NCBI GenBank assembly: GCA_964199315.1
Contig: OZ116699.1
Coordinates: 26,102,001-26,166,000, forward strand
Direction: 5' to 3'
Length of the DNA stretch: 64,000 nucleotides
Source of the DNA: Orbicella franksi
Lineage: Eukaryota
Of the stretch, positions 1-11,103 are shown piece by piece. The notes beneath the pieces were generated by a model. That model saw only the letters and a program-made list of their open reading frames with translations, was not told the DNA's origin and did not search any database. The translations under genes and the position numbers were made by a program. The first letter of the stretch is position 1, and each line of letters begins with the position of its first letter.

Positions 1-288
1 CAAGTTAAATAAAACAAGTAACAACTTTAAAAGGTGTAATACTCGGGTGCAGGCTGATTTGAGACTCGTTTAGAACGCTTGCCTAGTGGGAAGGGGTGTA
101 GTACGACATAATAATCTCCTGTCATGATCTGCTCCTTAAATTTTGTCTATATTTCACTGTTGTTGTTTTCATGGTAGTTGTGGAGGTGGTACGCACACGT
201 CATGATCATGCCATACTGATTTTTGACTAATTAACATTTTCATGAAAGCTGACAAATTACTTAAAGCATCTTCGATTTATTTTGTCAG

Positions 289-3200
289 ATTCGAAACCAA
301 AAGCAATGGAAACTGACTCTGGCATAGTGACCACAACCTTAACGTTATCATCATCTGCCATGCCACAAAGTACTAATGCGTCAATCAAATATATTGGCCT
401 GGAATTCACTCCATCACTTTCTGGTAAGTAATCATCAATTATCGTTTTTGATATGTATTTGTTTTTCCACGGCTGTGATGAATTGCTCCAACAAAAAGAA
501 ATCTCAAAATTAAATCATTTTCCAACATGTATCTTTAAAAACATATACGAGAATGTTTTACTTTGACCTCGACAAGCTGTAGAAGCTTATATACACCCCT
601 TAAATAATAGTAAAAGACTTGAATATATTAGGCAAATACGATTTGGTTTCGCTTTTTTTTCTCTCAGTTGTACCAAGTAAAACAGATGATTATAGTATAA
701 GACAGAGTTCAGTCTTACCTACAGTTACTGCCAGTGCGACTGCTTCAGCCGGGTCATCAGTCTCTCAAAACGGAATTAGTCAGCGGACGGTACAGGAAAT
801 TCAAAAAGGTAATTTATTTATTTACTAATACTTACTAAAATTAATAAGGAAGTATTCGTTTACAACTGAAGATAATAGCAGCAGCACATCGAGACCTCTA
901 TTAGGTGATACATGAATAAAGTAGTTGGTGAGGCTGACCGCCGAATCAACCGATCAACTCATAGACTTTGAGAGCAAATTACCGAATTATTTTAATATAA
1001 TTTTACCCAAATATCTAATTGTGTGAGATAGCTCAGCCAATAGGATTACAGCATTTTTGCTAAATTGAATACTTAATACGGTAAAATTCAAGTGATTATG
1101 CCCCTCATGTACAAACCAACAACTAACGATGTAGTGGCTCTCTGTTTCAGATCTGGATGATCTCCTCAGTTTTAATATCTCTTCTATCGATATAAAGGAC
1201 ATTGCTAAAATTCAGGTGAGATTAAATAGAACTCATCCTAGATTTCTGTAGTCTCCTGTCTTCTTCTTCCACGGTAATGAGCCACAATTTCCGTAGATTT
1301 CTCCAACAATGAAAATACGATGCCAACTGTAGCCCAGTGGTTACATTTCCGAGCTTCGGTTCGGAAGGGCATGGCGTTCAGCCCCCGGTTGGACTCCACT
1401 GATGTTCCTTCGTACAATCTTCTTTTTTTTTTTTTTTGAACCAAGTTTGGTGTGAAAAGACATTTTAAGGAAGGACATCAAACTTCCCTGACCCTAAATT
1501 AAACCCATCTTGCTATGTCTTTTTTCGTTTAAGCCGCTCTTTATTAGCTTGTATCCAATAGGCAAAGATCTGCAAAACCACTGATCTTGGGAGGTTATAT
1601 TTTTTTTTATTTCGGAAAGATTTGATAGTCAGTGGATTTCAAAAAACTCTATAACTTAAGCAAGGTCTTTTATAATTTTCACAGGACTTATTCCAAAGCA
1701 CGTTTGGGATGTCAATAAAATCTACATTTCATATGCATATAGGTACCATTAAATTTGCCAGGCAATTCAAGGAGTCTCCCTGTAGCCCAGTGGTTACATT
1801 TCAGAACTTCGGTTCGGAAGGGCATGGCGTTCAGCCCCCGCAAGGGGACTCCGGTTTTTTTATTATTTATTTTTTTTTTTCCCTTCATATTTCTGTTGGA
1901 CTCCATTGATGTTCTTTCGTACAATCTTCTTTTTTTTTCCCTTTTGAACCAAATTAGGTGTGAAAAGGTATTTTAGGGAAGGACAGCAAACCTAACTGAC
2001 AGTAAATTATACCCATCTTGCCATGTCTTTGCATTTAAGCCCCTTTTTATTAGCTTGTATCCAATAGGGAAAGACCTGCAAAAGTACTGATCTTACTTGG
2101 GATGGCATTTTTTTTATTTGGGAAAGATTTAATAATGGTTTAAAAAAAAATTCTATAATCTTAAGCAACGTCTTGCATAATTTTCACAGCACGTAATCCA
2201 AAGCAAGTTTAGGCTGTCAATAAATCTACATTTCATAGAGGTACCGCTAAATTTGCTACCTAATTCAAGGAGTATCCCTGTAGCTTAGTGGTCACATTTC
2301 GGAGCTTCGGTTCGGAAGGGCACGGCGTTCTCCCCACCCTCCCCCCCGTAAGGGGACTCCGTTTGTTTTTTTCATATTTCTGTTGGACTCCATTGATGTT
2401 TTTTCGCACATACGATGTTACCAGGCCATATCAATTTGTCAATTGTTTTACTTTAGATTTTCTTTTTGACTTGTAGAGCTTTGTTAGTTTAGCCGGGGAT
2501 CTCCTGATAGAGAGTCACAGAATTCCAAACGCCTCAGAGGTACGTGTGTCTGATTTCACAAAAAACTGTAAGGAATTTAACCAAAGAAGTCACAGAGTTG
2601 AAAGAACTAAGGCGACCTTTTTATTTTGCTGTTTTCAAATAATCATCAACAAATATTATAAGTGCTCCGGCAATATTTCGTCCTCAAAAAGTTAATTTTA
2701 ATTACTGAAACGCGTTGCTTTTTCTTTTTTGCTAAATGATAATATAATGTATCTGAAATGCTCTATTCTAATAACGGAAGTAAGCTGGTTTTGATTCAAC
2801 CTCTTCAGCGTGGAATTGAGTTCATGTTAGTGACAAAAGTTGAGGAAATTGGGTTTACCGTAGCAGAGCAAGTGAAACCTACAAGTGATGGTTATAAAAC
2901 AATAACACTTTCCTCTGGAAAAGTAGGTGAGTCACTCAATACTGTCTTTGTTCTACCTATAATATGTTATTTACCTTACCATAAAATAGCTTTGTTTCTT
3001 TGTCTGTAAAATCTCACAACATAATTCCTAAGAAGACCAAACGTACAAACTGGCTACAAAAATCGAAACCAGTGGCGGATCTAGGGGAGGGGCCCGGGTG
3101 GTCCGCCCCCCTCCTCCCTTATTTTTTGGGGAAAAAAAAGAGAAAATCGCAGGAAGAAAAGCCGGCAGGGCAAGCAATACAAACTGGGGCCCCACTACCT

Positions 3201-6200
3201 TAAGTTCTGGATCCGCCACTGGAAATAGCCTTTATGAACGAGATTGTCAGTTTCATAAAGTTAAAGCACAAACCCAATCAGAAAAACCCGGAACGTTGTT
3301 AAAGATGCTGTTAGTTTTTTAAAAGGATCGTCTAAATATCGAATCCATGCTAAGTTTGTCACTTATTTGCCACCAGCTTTCAGAGAATTCTCGAATCGTC
3401 TGGGTAACTAATGTTAACTTCAATCACTACACATCGTATCGCTCGTATCGCTAATTAGTATATACCACACAAGTGAATAGTGCTTCTCGCGCGCTCTGAT
3501 TGGTTAACTCGGAGGTGATTAGCAAGTACTATTCACCTCCGAACAGCCGGCGCGAGAGATTTTAAAATTTCCGACCGCTTGTCACACATAAAATAACGTT
3601 TCAGTCCGCTAATTATTCAGCCTGTGTGGTATATACTAAAATAATTATTCATCTCAGTGTCGGTGAAAGTGGTGGATATTTAACGAGCCGCGAAGCGGCG
3701 AGGTAAATATCGATCACTTCACTATTCACTATTCACTATTCACCTCCACTTCGGTGAATAATTGTCAACTATTGACATTAATCATTCACAGTTCGGGCTG
3801 GTTACCCTTGACGATCGCAAACATTCTTATATCGAAAGCTGGTGCCCAGGCTTCCCTAGGTAACTGGAATGGCAATTGCAAGTGGCATCCCCACAATACG
3901 TTTTTCTTGTTTCAAAACTTGCCCCATGGGTGCTATCTAGCTAGAAAAAAAAAAAGAAAGAAAAAAACGCATGGGTTCTAATTTTCATACCAATTAGTCT
4001 TGAGGTTCACATGATCTCTTGATATGTTAGTTTGAGGTCAAAATCAGGCTGGTGCTTAACTAAGTTTCCCTAGGTTTGTTTCGCCCTCGATATGGGAACC
4101 TCTCGATCACGAAAGGAGCTCCGTATCCATAACGTCACAGCACCTCGTGCCTCCCGGGAAATCATTTGTTATTTCGATTTAGACTGCTAACTCCGGAATC
4201 CAAGGGTCTTGTAGAGTTACAGTTGTCCAACAAACACCAAAAAATTTCCTGTTCTCAGAGCAAAATAAAGGTTTAAAACTCATACTCGTTCAGAAACTTT
4301 TCAATACTCTCAGATCACATTCACCATATCTCAGGTAAGCTCTATGACACCATTTTAGTTCCCTTGGGATCCTAATGAACACGATTTTACCCTTCTTAAT
4401 CAACATTCGCATTTAAATTGTGGCTAATGAAGTTCGGTTAAGTCGAACGAAATATTCTTATGATATCTATGCGTCTATTTTTTATCTACAGATATGGCGG
4501 TGGCGTCTGTGAATCTAACGCGAAAGAAAGAGCTACGATTTCCAGACATTCTTGACGGTGATTTCGAGAACTATTCACGCCACGACTTGAGTAGCGTTAT
4601 GCTTCCTCGAGAAGCCTTCCCTTCAAATGCATCAGGTAAATTTATACTAATAAAATAAAAAGTGGGGAAGTCGTAGGAATGTCTTTTCTCAGTTGAAAAA
4701 AAGGATTTGAGGATAGTGAGTTGTTGGATCTTTATCAATTTTTATTTGTAGCATCCGAAATTGACTTAAGAGATATTGAAATACTACCTGCAATTTTGAT
4801 TATCATAAACGCGTTATTACTACTTGTGCAAATATTACACAGTATTTATCAATTTTTAATGTTCTTTGTTGTTACACGCCAATTACTTTTCTTTCCTTCT
4901 TTTCTCTCATCAGAACTTGGTAAGGTGGTGTGGATGATGTTTGACTCATTAACAGCTATGAAAGATGCAACGTGAGTGTTGATCTTAATAATTAGTTAAA
5001 TCACGACACAGTTCGACTATACCTTGGGAAAAAACATTGTGAAGTCCTATAACTGTACAGAACCTTTGAATGACACCAACATGTTCATTGTGATCAATTC
5101 CACAGTAGCAATCAAGAGGTAGGAACTCGCATTATGAATATCATCACCAGACCGCAACGCAAAGGAGAGTTTGAAAAACCAGTCAGGATGAAATTCTGGC
5201 TTTCTAAGGTAAAACTTTCTGCTTGTGGGATAACTAATACAAACTTATAATCAGAAAGTCATTTTGAGCATGCGTACGTGTGTCTAACGGACATTCAGAG
5301 CACGTTGCCTGGATCAAACTGAGATCTAATTAAGTATCTTTGATTTTCGACGTAATGTTTTTGTTAATTGCTTTTTTGAGTGTTTGTTTTGTTTTGCTTT
5401 CCTTTGTTTTTAATTTCCTTTAGCCTGCAGTGCAGGCGTCTTATTAGACGGTGTTAGACGGTGGGGGACTCCTCCCCTATCCTTCCTCTTGCCTATCATT
5501 CACCCCCTTGGTAAAACTTTCTTTCTCTCTCCAGTCTTCCACTGCATGAAAAATTCAAGATGGCGGCTAAACTTTTTACGATGTGAGCGCTCGCTCGATA
5601 AATTCTCGCCTGCTCTGCAGGCTAAATTTCCTTTAAAATGCTTTTTTTTCCCAATGATCCTTCTTCGCTGTTTTTTCATAGCCAACTCTCAGCAACACGA
5701 ACTGCGTATTTTGGAATCAAAGTAGTATGTAAGTTACATCTTTATGATATTAATTTGTTTAAATCAATTTAAATCTTGTGGAGTGATGAATTCCTGTTAA
5801 CTCCAAAGGCACAACATCATCTTTAATTATTTCAAAACTCAACTTGACTCCTTATTCCTTTAAATAGAATATATCTAGCTTCGTTCCATTATATGTTCCT
5901 ATCTCTTTAAAAAAAAATCAAGGTATAAAATACCTGTACACCTTTCGGAGTCAGGCAAATTTTGTACCTTTTGAAACACCGACAGAAAGTTGCACAGAAT
6001 CCACAAAAAACTCACCACTTTTTGCTCTATCACCAGTCGAGTGATTTCTTTTCTGACAAAAAAGTAATTTATTTAAACTACAGGAAGGAACACGGTGTTT
6101 GGTCTACAGAAGGCTGTACAGTTGTGCAAAGAAACTATTCAACAGTCATGTGTCACTGCGATCATCTGACCAGTTTTGCTGTTCTGACGAGGGTCACTCC

Positions 6201-9200
6201 AAATCAGGTGAAATATTGTCCAACTTTTCATTATAATTTTAACAAGACGACATCAGTTTTCCATACGCCTGTCCCGTTATTGATCATGAATTTCGTTACA
6301 CCATTGTCAAAGTAGCTTTGGATCTAAGAAGCGATAATTGATTGGTCGATTGATCGATCGATTGGTTGACAAAGTGACCGACTGATTGCCTGTCATGCTA
6401 CTTTTGTTTATCTTTTCAGTCCGGCAAACAACACGAACTACCTCTAACAATTATCACCTACGTAGGCTGTGGTTTGTCCATCTTGGGATGCATTCTGACA
6501 ATCATTACATACGCATTCTTAACGTAAGTTATGCAGTATACAATTGATCCAAGTATGTATATGAGAAGGCCAAGAAAGGCAGCGTAGCTACTATAACCCA
6601 CCCTTTACCCCTTTGCCATAGTTCCACTATGCAGCGCAGTAAAGTTCTCCTTCCCCTGCCTCGATCCTGGACTTTGAGTTCTTTTAACGTTCAATCCTAG
6701 CAATATCTGCTGAAGTATTTGTTCGGCTGACCTCGTTCAGTTGTTTTGTTTTGGCCTCTCTCGCTTTCTTTTCCCTAGTCAGTACTAGAAATGGGTCTGT
6801 AATCAGCTAGGGAGATTGTGATTAATTAAATAATTGCATATAAAGAGAATTTGAAGCCAATATAGCTAGGTAACTTGTTCGAATAGTTATACACCCAGTG
6901 TGGTCCTTTGAAACATCTATTTATACTCTGTTCGGATGTTCAAAGATACCTTTGTTAAATTAGAAAATGAAGCTCATGTTTTCCGTATTTATTTCCTTTA
7001 CAGAAGCCTTCGGTCGCAGAGAATTATTATTCATATAAATTTGGTGACTGCTGTTTTGCTTGCTCAAGTCTTATTCCTTGTGGCAGCTTTTGGAGTGAAA
7101 CCACAGACATCACAGGTAAATAACTGAGTGATTTTGATCAAGTTTAAATGTGATTTAATTAAACGACATACATACACAGTCAAATAATGTCCACAGGTCG
7201 ATAACAAACGAACATAATGTACGTTATTTGGCTTGAAGTCTTTAACTCAAAATAAGCTGATGATAAATTGTTAACGTAAATGATTGGCAACATTAGTCGT
7301 GGAACACTCTATACATTTCTTCTCTGATCAGAAGCCACTAAAACGGGGGAAGGGTAGTAATCTTTATCAAGTGGAACAAAATTGTATTTTCTCAATATTA
7401 CTATTGTCAGGTTTCATTCGTTTCTTTTGTACGCGATTGGATAACTCATTCAATGGATTATTCTCTTGTAGGTTGCTTGTTACGCAGTCGCAGTTGGGCT
7501 CTTTTTCTTTTTCCTATGTGTTTTTTCGTGGATGCTCGCAGAAGGAATCCATATTTACTTCATGGTGGTCAGAGTCTTTGAGTCAGGAAGAGGAAGGAAT
7601 CTATATTACACGTGTATAGGATGGGGTAAGGTGGCATCGTTTTCTTAAACTTTATTTTCTTGACTATGTTTTAGATTTTTGCCGATTTGTGGTCAATTAT
7701 GCTTAGCTAATGTAAAGACACTATTTTGCGGTCCCTGTAGTAGCTTAGTACAGTTTTAGAGCAGTTTTCAATCAAGTGTCAAAAATAATCAGACGATCAC
7801 TTTGGTTTTTGTTGTACTAAGAATACGGTTTGAGATATGCTGAACAGTCTAATTCAGTAACTGGTTTGGTTTTGGTTTTACGACACTCAATTAAAAACCG
7901 CTCTAATCAGTGTGTGCTATTGTTGAGGTTAGTGCTGTTCAAAGGTTGGACATTCTGCAGATTTTTGCCCATTTACAACTCATTCTGGTGATTAACATAG
8001 TTTCATTTTTGCCAAGGTTTCCCATTCACCGTAACTGTAATCGTCGTTGCCATTTTTCAAAAGAGGCTTCTTTCAAAGGAAATGTAAGTTCAAACTGAAA
8101 TTATTTTTCAACAGTTACGTAAGAAAACCGTCGGAGGTCCACTCCACTGCACTCCATGGTGAAAGCGTTACCTTCTGTTAACCTACTGTAAATTCTTTCT
8201 CAGTTGCTGGTTGTCAGTGGAGACAGGAGCTATTTGGAGCTTTGTTGGTCCAGCCATCTTTGTCATGACGGTATTGCACATCCTAATCAATTTTGTTAAT
8301 ATAATTACACAGTTCAAACAATCCAAGGTTGTTCCACTGTATGTGTCAATTTCATTCTCATGCATACCTTCTCCATTATATTCTTTAGATTAATTTGGGC
8401 ATACTCACAATGGTAATGAGAGTAACCTCAAAAATGTTAAATGAAGAATCGCCATCTAATGCTAGGTAAATATTTAATAAACTATATAATAAAACTAAAT
8501 AAATAAAACTCAGTACTATTTCCATTGTTTCCTTAACATAGTAATATATAGACTTAGATTTAAATAGATTTATTTTGGCCCTATGTGACCATGGTTGGTA
8601 TATAGACCTAACCAAGCCTAAAAGCAGAGCACCTGATTTGGCTTGAACCTGCGATCCAACCCAAAACCTGTACCTGGGCAGCGATCAACTCCAAAAAAAA
8701 AGCAAGTAACATCTATGAGCTCTAAACATGAGCCCGCGATAGGGTCACGTATTACTTTTCAGTATCAATTAAACATAACGTGGATGCCCAAATTTTAAAG
8801 TAAAGACGTACGCTGTAAACCTGCCTATCTCTTGGGGAAAATCCCTAGGAACAAGGTTGTTTTAGAGTGACATTTCACATTGATTTACATGAAGGGGCGT
8901 ACTTAGGGACAAACGGACGCACGTACGGACGTAAGTACGGACGAACAATCACATGAAAACCAAAATATTTTAGCTCGATGGGTTACCAAAGCAATGGGGC
9001 TCCGCTCATGCGCCTTCAGCGCGCTGGAGCTCTGCTATTAACAATGCCATTTAAATGAGTGGTCTTTTGTCTATTGCTTGTCTTCTTTAGTCTGAATTTT
9101 TGGTGTTGTTATTATCGTTGTTTTGTCCTTTTTTTTTTTCTATTTTCCTTCTGTTGCAGTTTATGTAGCAATCATTTTATTCAGTTGCTTGTGTAAAATT

Positions 9201-10295
9201 TGACGTTTATGTTTGCGAATCGTGCGCCGTAAGTTAACCAGTTACCATGTTTACGGTGATCTACATGTGAACATAGAGCAGTTTGCAATATTGGATGCAA
9301 TAACATAAAACCAATTGCTCGAGCCAGTTACATAGGACGCAGATGATCTAATTAACCAAACACAACTCGAACTGAATACATGTAGCAGACGCGAAGCTCG
9401 GGAAACGTGTTCTGATACGATGACAATGTGACGAGAGCCAATAGTGTCACATTAGTAATGGAAAACTAGAGCAAATGCGAACCGCTCTACACACATTTGA
9501 GTTATTGTTGTTGCTCTGTAATTTAAAGGTCTTTGGCAAAAGCTTTTGTCACTCTTCTTCCAATTCTGGGTCTGACGTGGGTATTTGGACTTCTTGCTGT
9601 TAACAACAACTCTGTGGTATTTGAGTATCTTTTTGCCATATTCAATTCCTTACAGGTAAGTTGTCTTCTTACGTTACACAGGAGTTGAAGTACCCTTGTT
9701 TTTTCACGTGGTTTTATCCACATCATTTTCAACTAGACTAATTGGTTTACTTTGTTGTTGTTGTTTTCTGAGGCTTTATAGCTACGATTCAAGACAAAAG
9801 TAAAAAAAACATTGCTCACTAAAATTTTCATAATGAGCCTCCAATATAGCTAGGGAGAGAGGGGGCCTCCTAAATAGTTAGCAAAACTTACTTTGATCAG
9901 TTTTCCAGTTTCTTTTGTCTACCCAGCTCAGGTTTTCTTTCTGGTTTACGTTTTTTATTAGGGCTTTCTTATCTTTCTCTTCTACTGCCTAAAGAATACA
10001 GAGGTGAGTTACACAACAAAGGCCTAAGGACCGTGTTTGTTTGTTTCCTTGTTTTTTGTTTGTTTGTTTGTTTGTTTGTTTGTTTGCTTGTTTGTTTATT
10101 TGCTTTGTTGGTTGGTTGTTTGGTTGCTTTTTAGCACAATTCCTCGTTTGATTCATCATTTAATCTTTAATCTGTCCTTATACACGGTATAAAGTTCATC
10201 AGGGTTTACAAATACAATGAATATATCATTAAAATTCATTTGCTACTATATTGCTTGTTTCAGCTCCCTGTGTACTGTTTTCTTCTTCTTCTTCT

Positions 10296-10327
<32 letters not shown>

Positions 10328-10592
10328 CTCTTCTTTATTCGTTCAGTTGATTGTTTGCTCGTTTCTGTCTTTATTTCATCCGCGTTCTTGTTTTTTGTGT
10401 GTGTGTGTAACATTGTAGGTCAGAAGAGAGTTCAAAAGGAAACTGCACAATCTTGAGGCACAAAGACATCCGAACACTTCTTCAAACCCTTCGACCACCC
10501 CAAAGAACCCGCCACCGGAAATTAAAAGTGATCATCATCGTACACTACAAGAAATGATGGCAAAAGAAACAAGTTTTGAGACCAAACTATGA
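289..10592 (+). CDS. Adhesion GPCR (GAIN/GPS + 7TM, ADGRD/ADGRL-like), 5'-partial, 19 visible coding exons
   Basis: AG/GT-bounded exons that mostly join in phase: about 289-423, 668-808, 1151-1215, 2457-2540, 2809-2926, 4493-4636, 4914-4972, 5109-5208, 5681-5727 (CVFWNQS), 6084-6207 ([23 protein letters not shown]), 6420-6523 (TM1 [15 protein letters not shown]), 7004-7115 (IHINL, TM2), 7473-7626 (WMLAEG, TM3), 8018-8084, 8204-8270 (CWLS..WSFVGP), 8390-8466, 9529-9655 ([17 protein letters not shown]), 9962-10003 ([14 protein letters not shown]), 10419-10592 (VRREF..., TGA). The start lies upstream of the window. Confidence 0.93.
1327..1387 (+). pseudogene. Truncated copy 1 of the vault-RNA-like unit
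   Basis: Same A box, cTTCGg hairpin and B box as copy 2. It lacks the 5' GGAGTC strand, and the 3' stem/terminator segment is deleted relative to copy 2. Confidence 0.55.
1771..1861 (+). ncRNA. Vault-RNA-like Pol III gene, intact copy (copy 2 of 3)
   Basis: GGAGTCTCC (1771-1779) pairs with GGGGACTCC (1844-1852). Also present: A box TAGCCCAGTGGTTAC, a central hairpin with a cTTCGg loop, B-box-like GTTCAGCCCCCGC, and a T7 run at 1855-1861. There is no tRNA D-stem or T-stem. The vault identity is inferred from architecture. Confidence 0.6.
2269..2372 (+). ncRNA. Diverged copy 3 of the vault-RNA-like unit
   Basis: GGAGTATCC.../...GGGGACTCC closing stem with one mismatch, A box TAGCTTAGTGGTCAC, cTTCGg hairpin, a C-rich insertion in the B-box region, and a T run at 2366-2372. 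Confidence 0.45.
3070..3221. mobile_element. MITE with CAGTGGCGGATC terminal inverted repeats
   Basis: CAGTGGCGGATC at 3070 and GATCCGCCACTG ending at 3221; no ORF. Confidence 0.8.
3456..3765. mobile_element. Composite palindromic non-autonomous repeat
   Basis: TAGTATATACCACACA (3456) / TGTGTGGTATATACTA (to 3638) inverted pair, followed by an AATTATTCA..TGAATAATT-bounded module with CACTATT microrepeats. Confidence 0.6.
5421..5624. mobile_element. Mutator-type MITE with 9-bp target-site duplication
   Basis: TIRs TAGCCTGCAGTGCAGGCG / CGCCTGCTCTGCAGGCTA, flanked on both sides by AATTTCCTT. A 9-bp TSD is typical of MULEs. Confidence 0.8.
10034..10130. repeat. (TTTG)n microsatellite
   Basis: Seen directly in the sequence. 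Confidence 0.95.
10279..10336. repeat. (TTC)n microsatellite
   Basis: Seen directly; it accounts for the poly-Phe ORF 10217-10456. Confidence 0.95.
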
Positions 10593-10783
10593 ACGAAGCT
10601 CACTCAATTCAATATGCTTATCACAGGTCACGTACCCATTACGTGCTGATAATTTTAAGAGATAGAGAATAAATTTACTCGGTATCAAATTTATTCTTCA
10701 AGTCACGTACCATTATCAGATTGGCCTTACGCCAAGTCACGTCCATTACATATCTGGAAACACTTTTTTATGTATCTCAATAA

Positions 10784-11103
10784 GGCCCCGCCCACACTAC
10801 GCCGGAGGAATTTGAAAAAGGAGGTTTCACACTGAAAACGCATCAAATGTTTTGCGTCCACATTACGCCGAAGGAATTTAAAAACAAAACAATCAGCGGT
10901 CATTTTGGATTTGAGTTTGGGGAAAATTGGGTCAGGGAAATCGCATGAACACGAAAACGAAAAGCCGACGTTTGCAAATTCTTCCGATTTGAAATGCCTT
11001 TTCGAAAAGCTCCGTTTTCGTGACGGATAAGTGTGGACGGCAGGTCCAACCGTGGAAATAAGGCTGCGTTTTCAAATTTCTCCGTCGCACTATGGAAGCT
11101 GTC
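10784..11103. mobile_element. PIF/Harbinger-like MITE with a degenerate right end
   Basis: Begins TAA|GGCCCCGCCCACAC and carries internal CCACAC / GTGTGGAC motifs. The right TIR is decayed. Confidence 0.55.

Larger units (their letters stand above)
1327..2400. repeat. Tandem duplication, about 450-500 bp unit, roughly 2.3 copies, inside aGPCR intron 1216-2456
   Basis: CTGTAGC anchors at about 1327, 1780 and 2278. The intervening sequence aligns between copies (e.g. ttattagcttgtatccaatagg, ataattttcacag, aggtacc..aaatttgc). Confidence 0.95.

Noticed and set aside
1771-1852. tRNA-Arg(TCG) gene reading of the vault-like unit
   Set aside because: CTTCGG resembles an anticodon loop, but the loop is 4 nt rather than 7, positions 22-25 (CATT) cannot pair with GCCC to form a D-stem, and the T-stem does not form. 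A remote tRNA origin is not excluded.
1771-1852. Self-cleaving ribozyme (HDV-like, twister, hammerhead)
   Set aside because: None of the catalytic core motifs is visible on either strand, and the A/B boxes plus T-run explain the unit better.
10217-10456. Poly-Phe membrane peptide ORF
   Set aside because: It is produced by the (TTC)n microsatellite in an intron.
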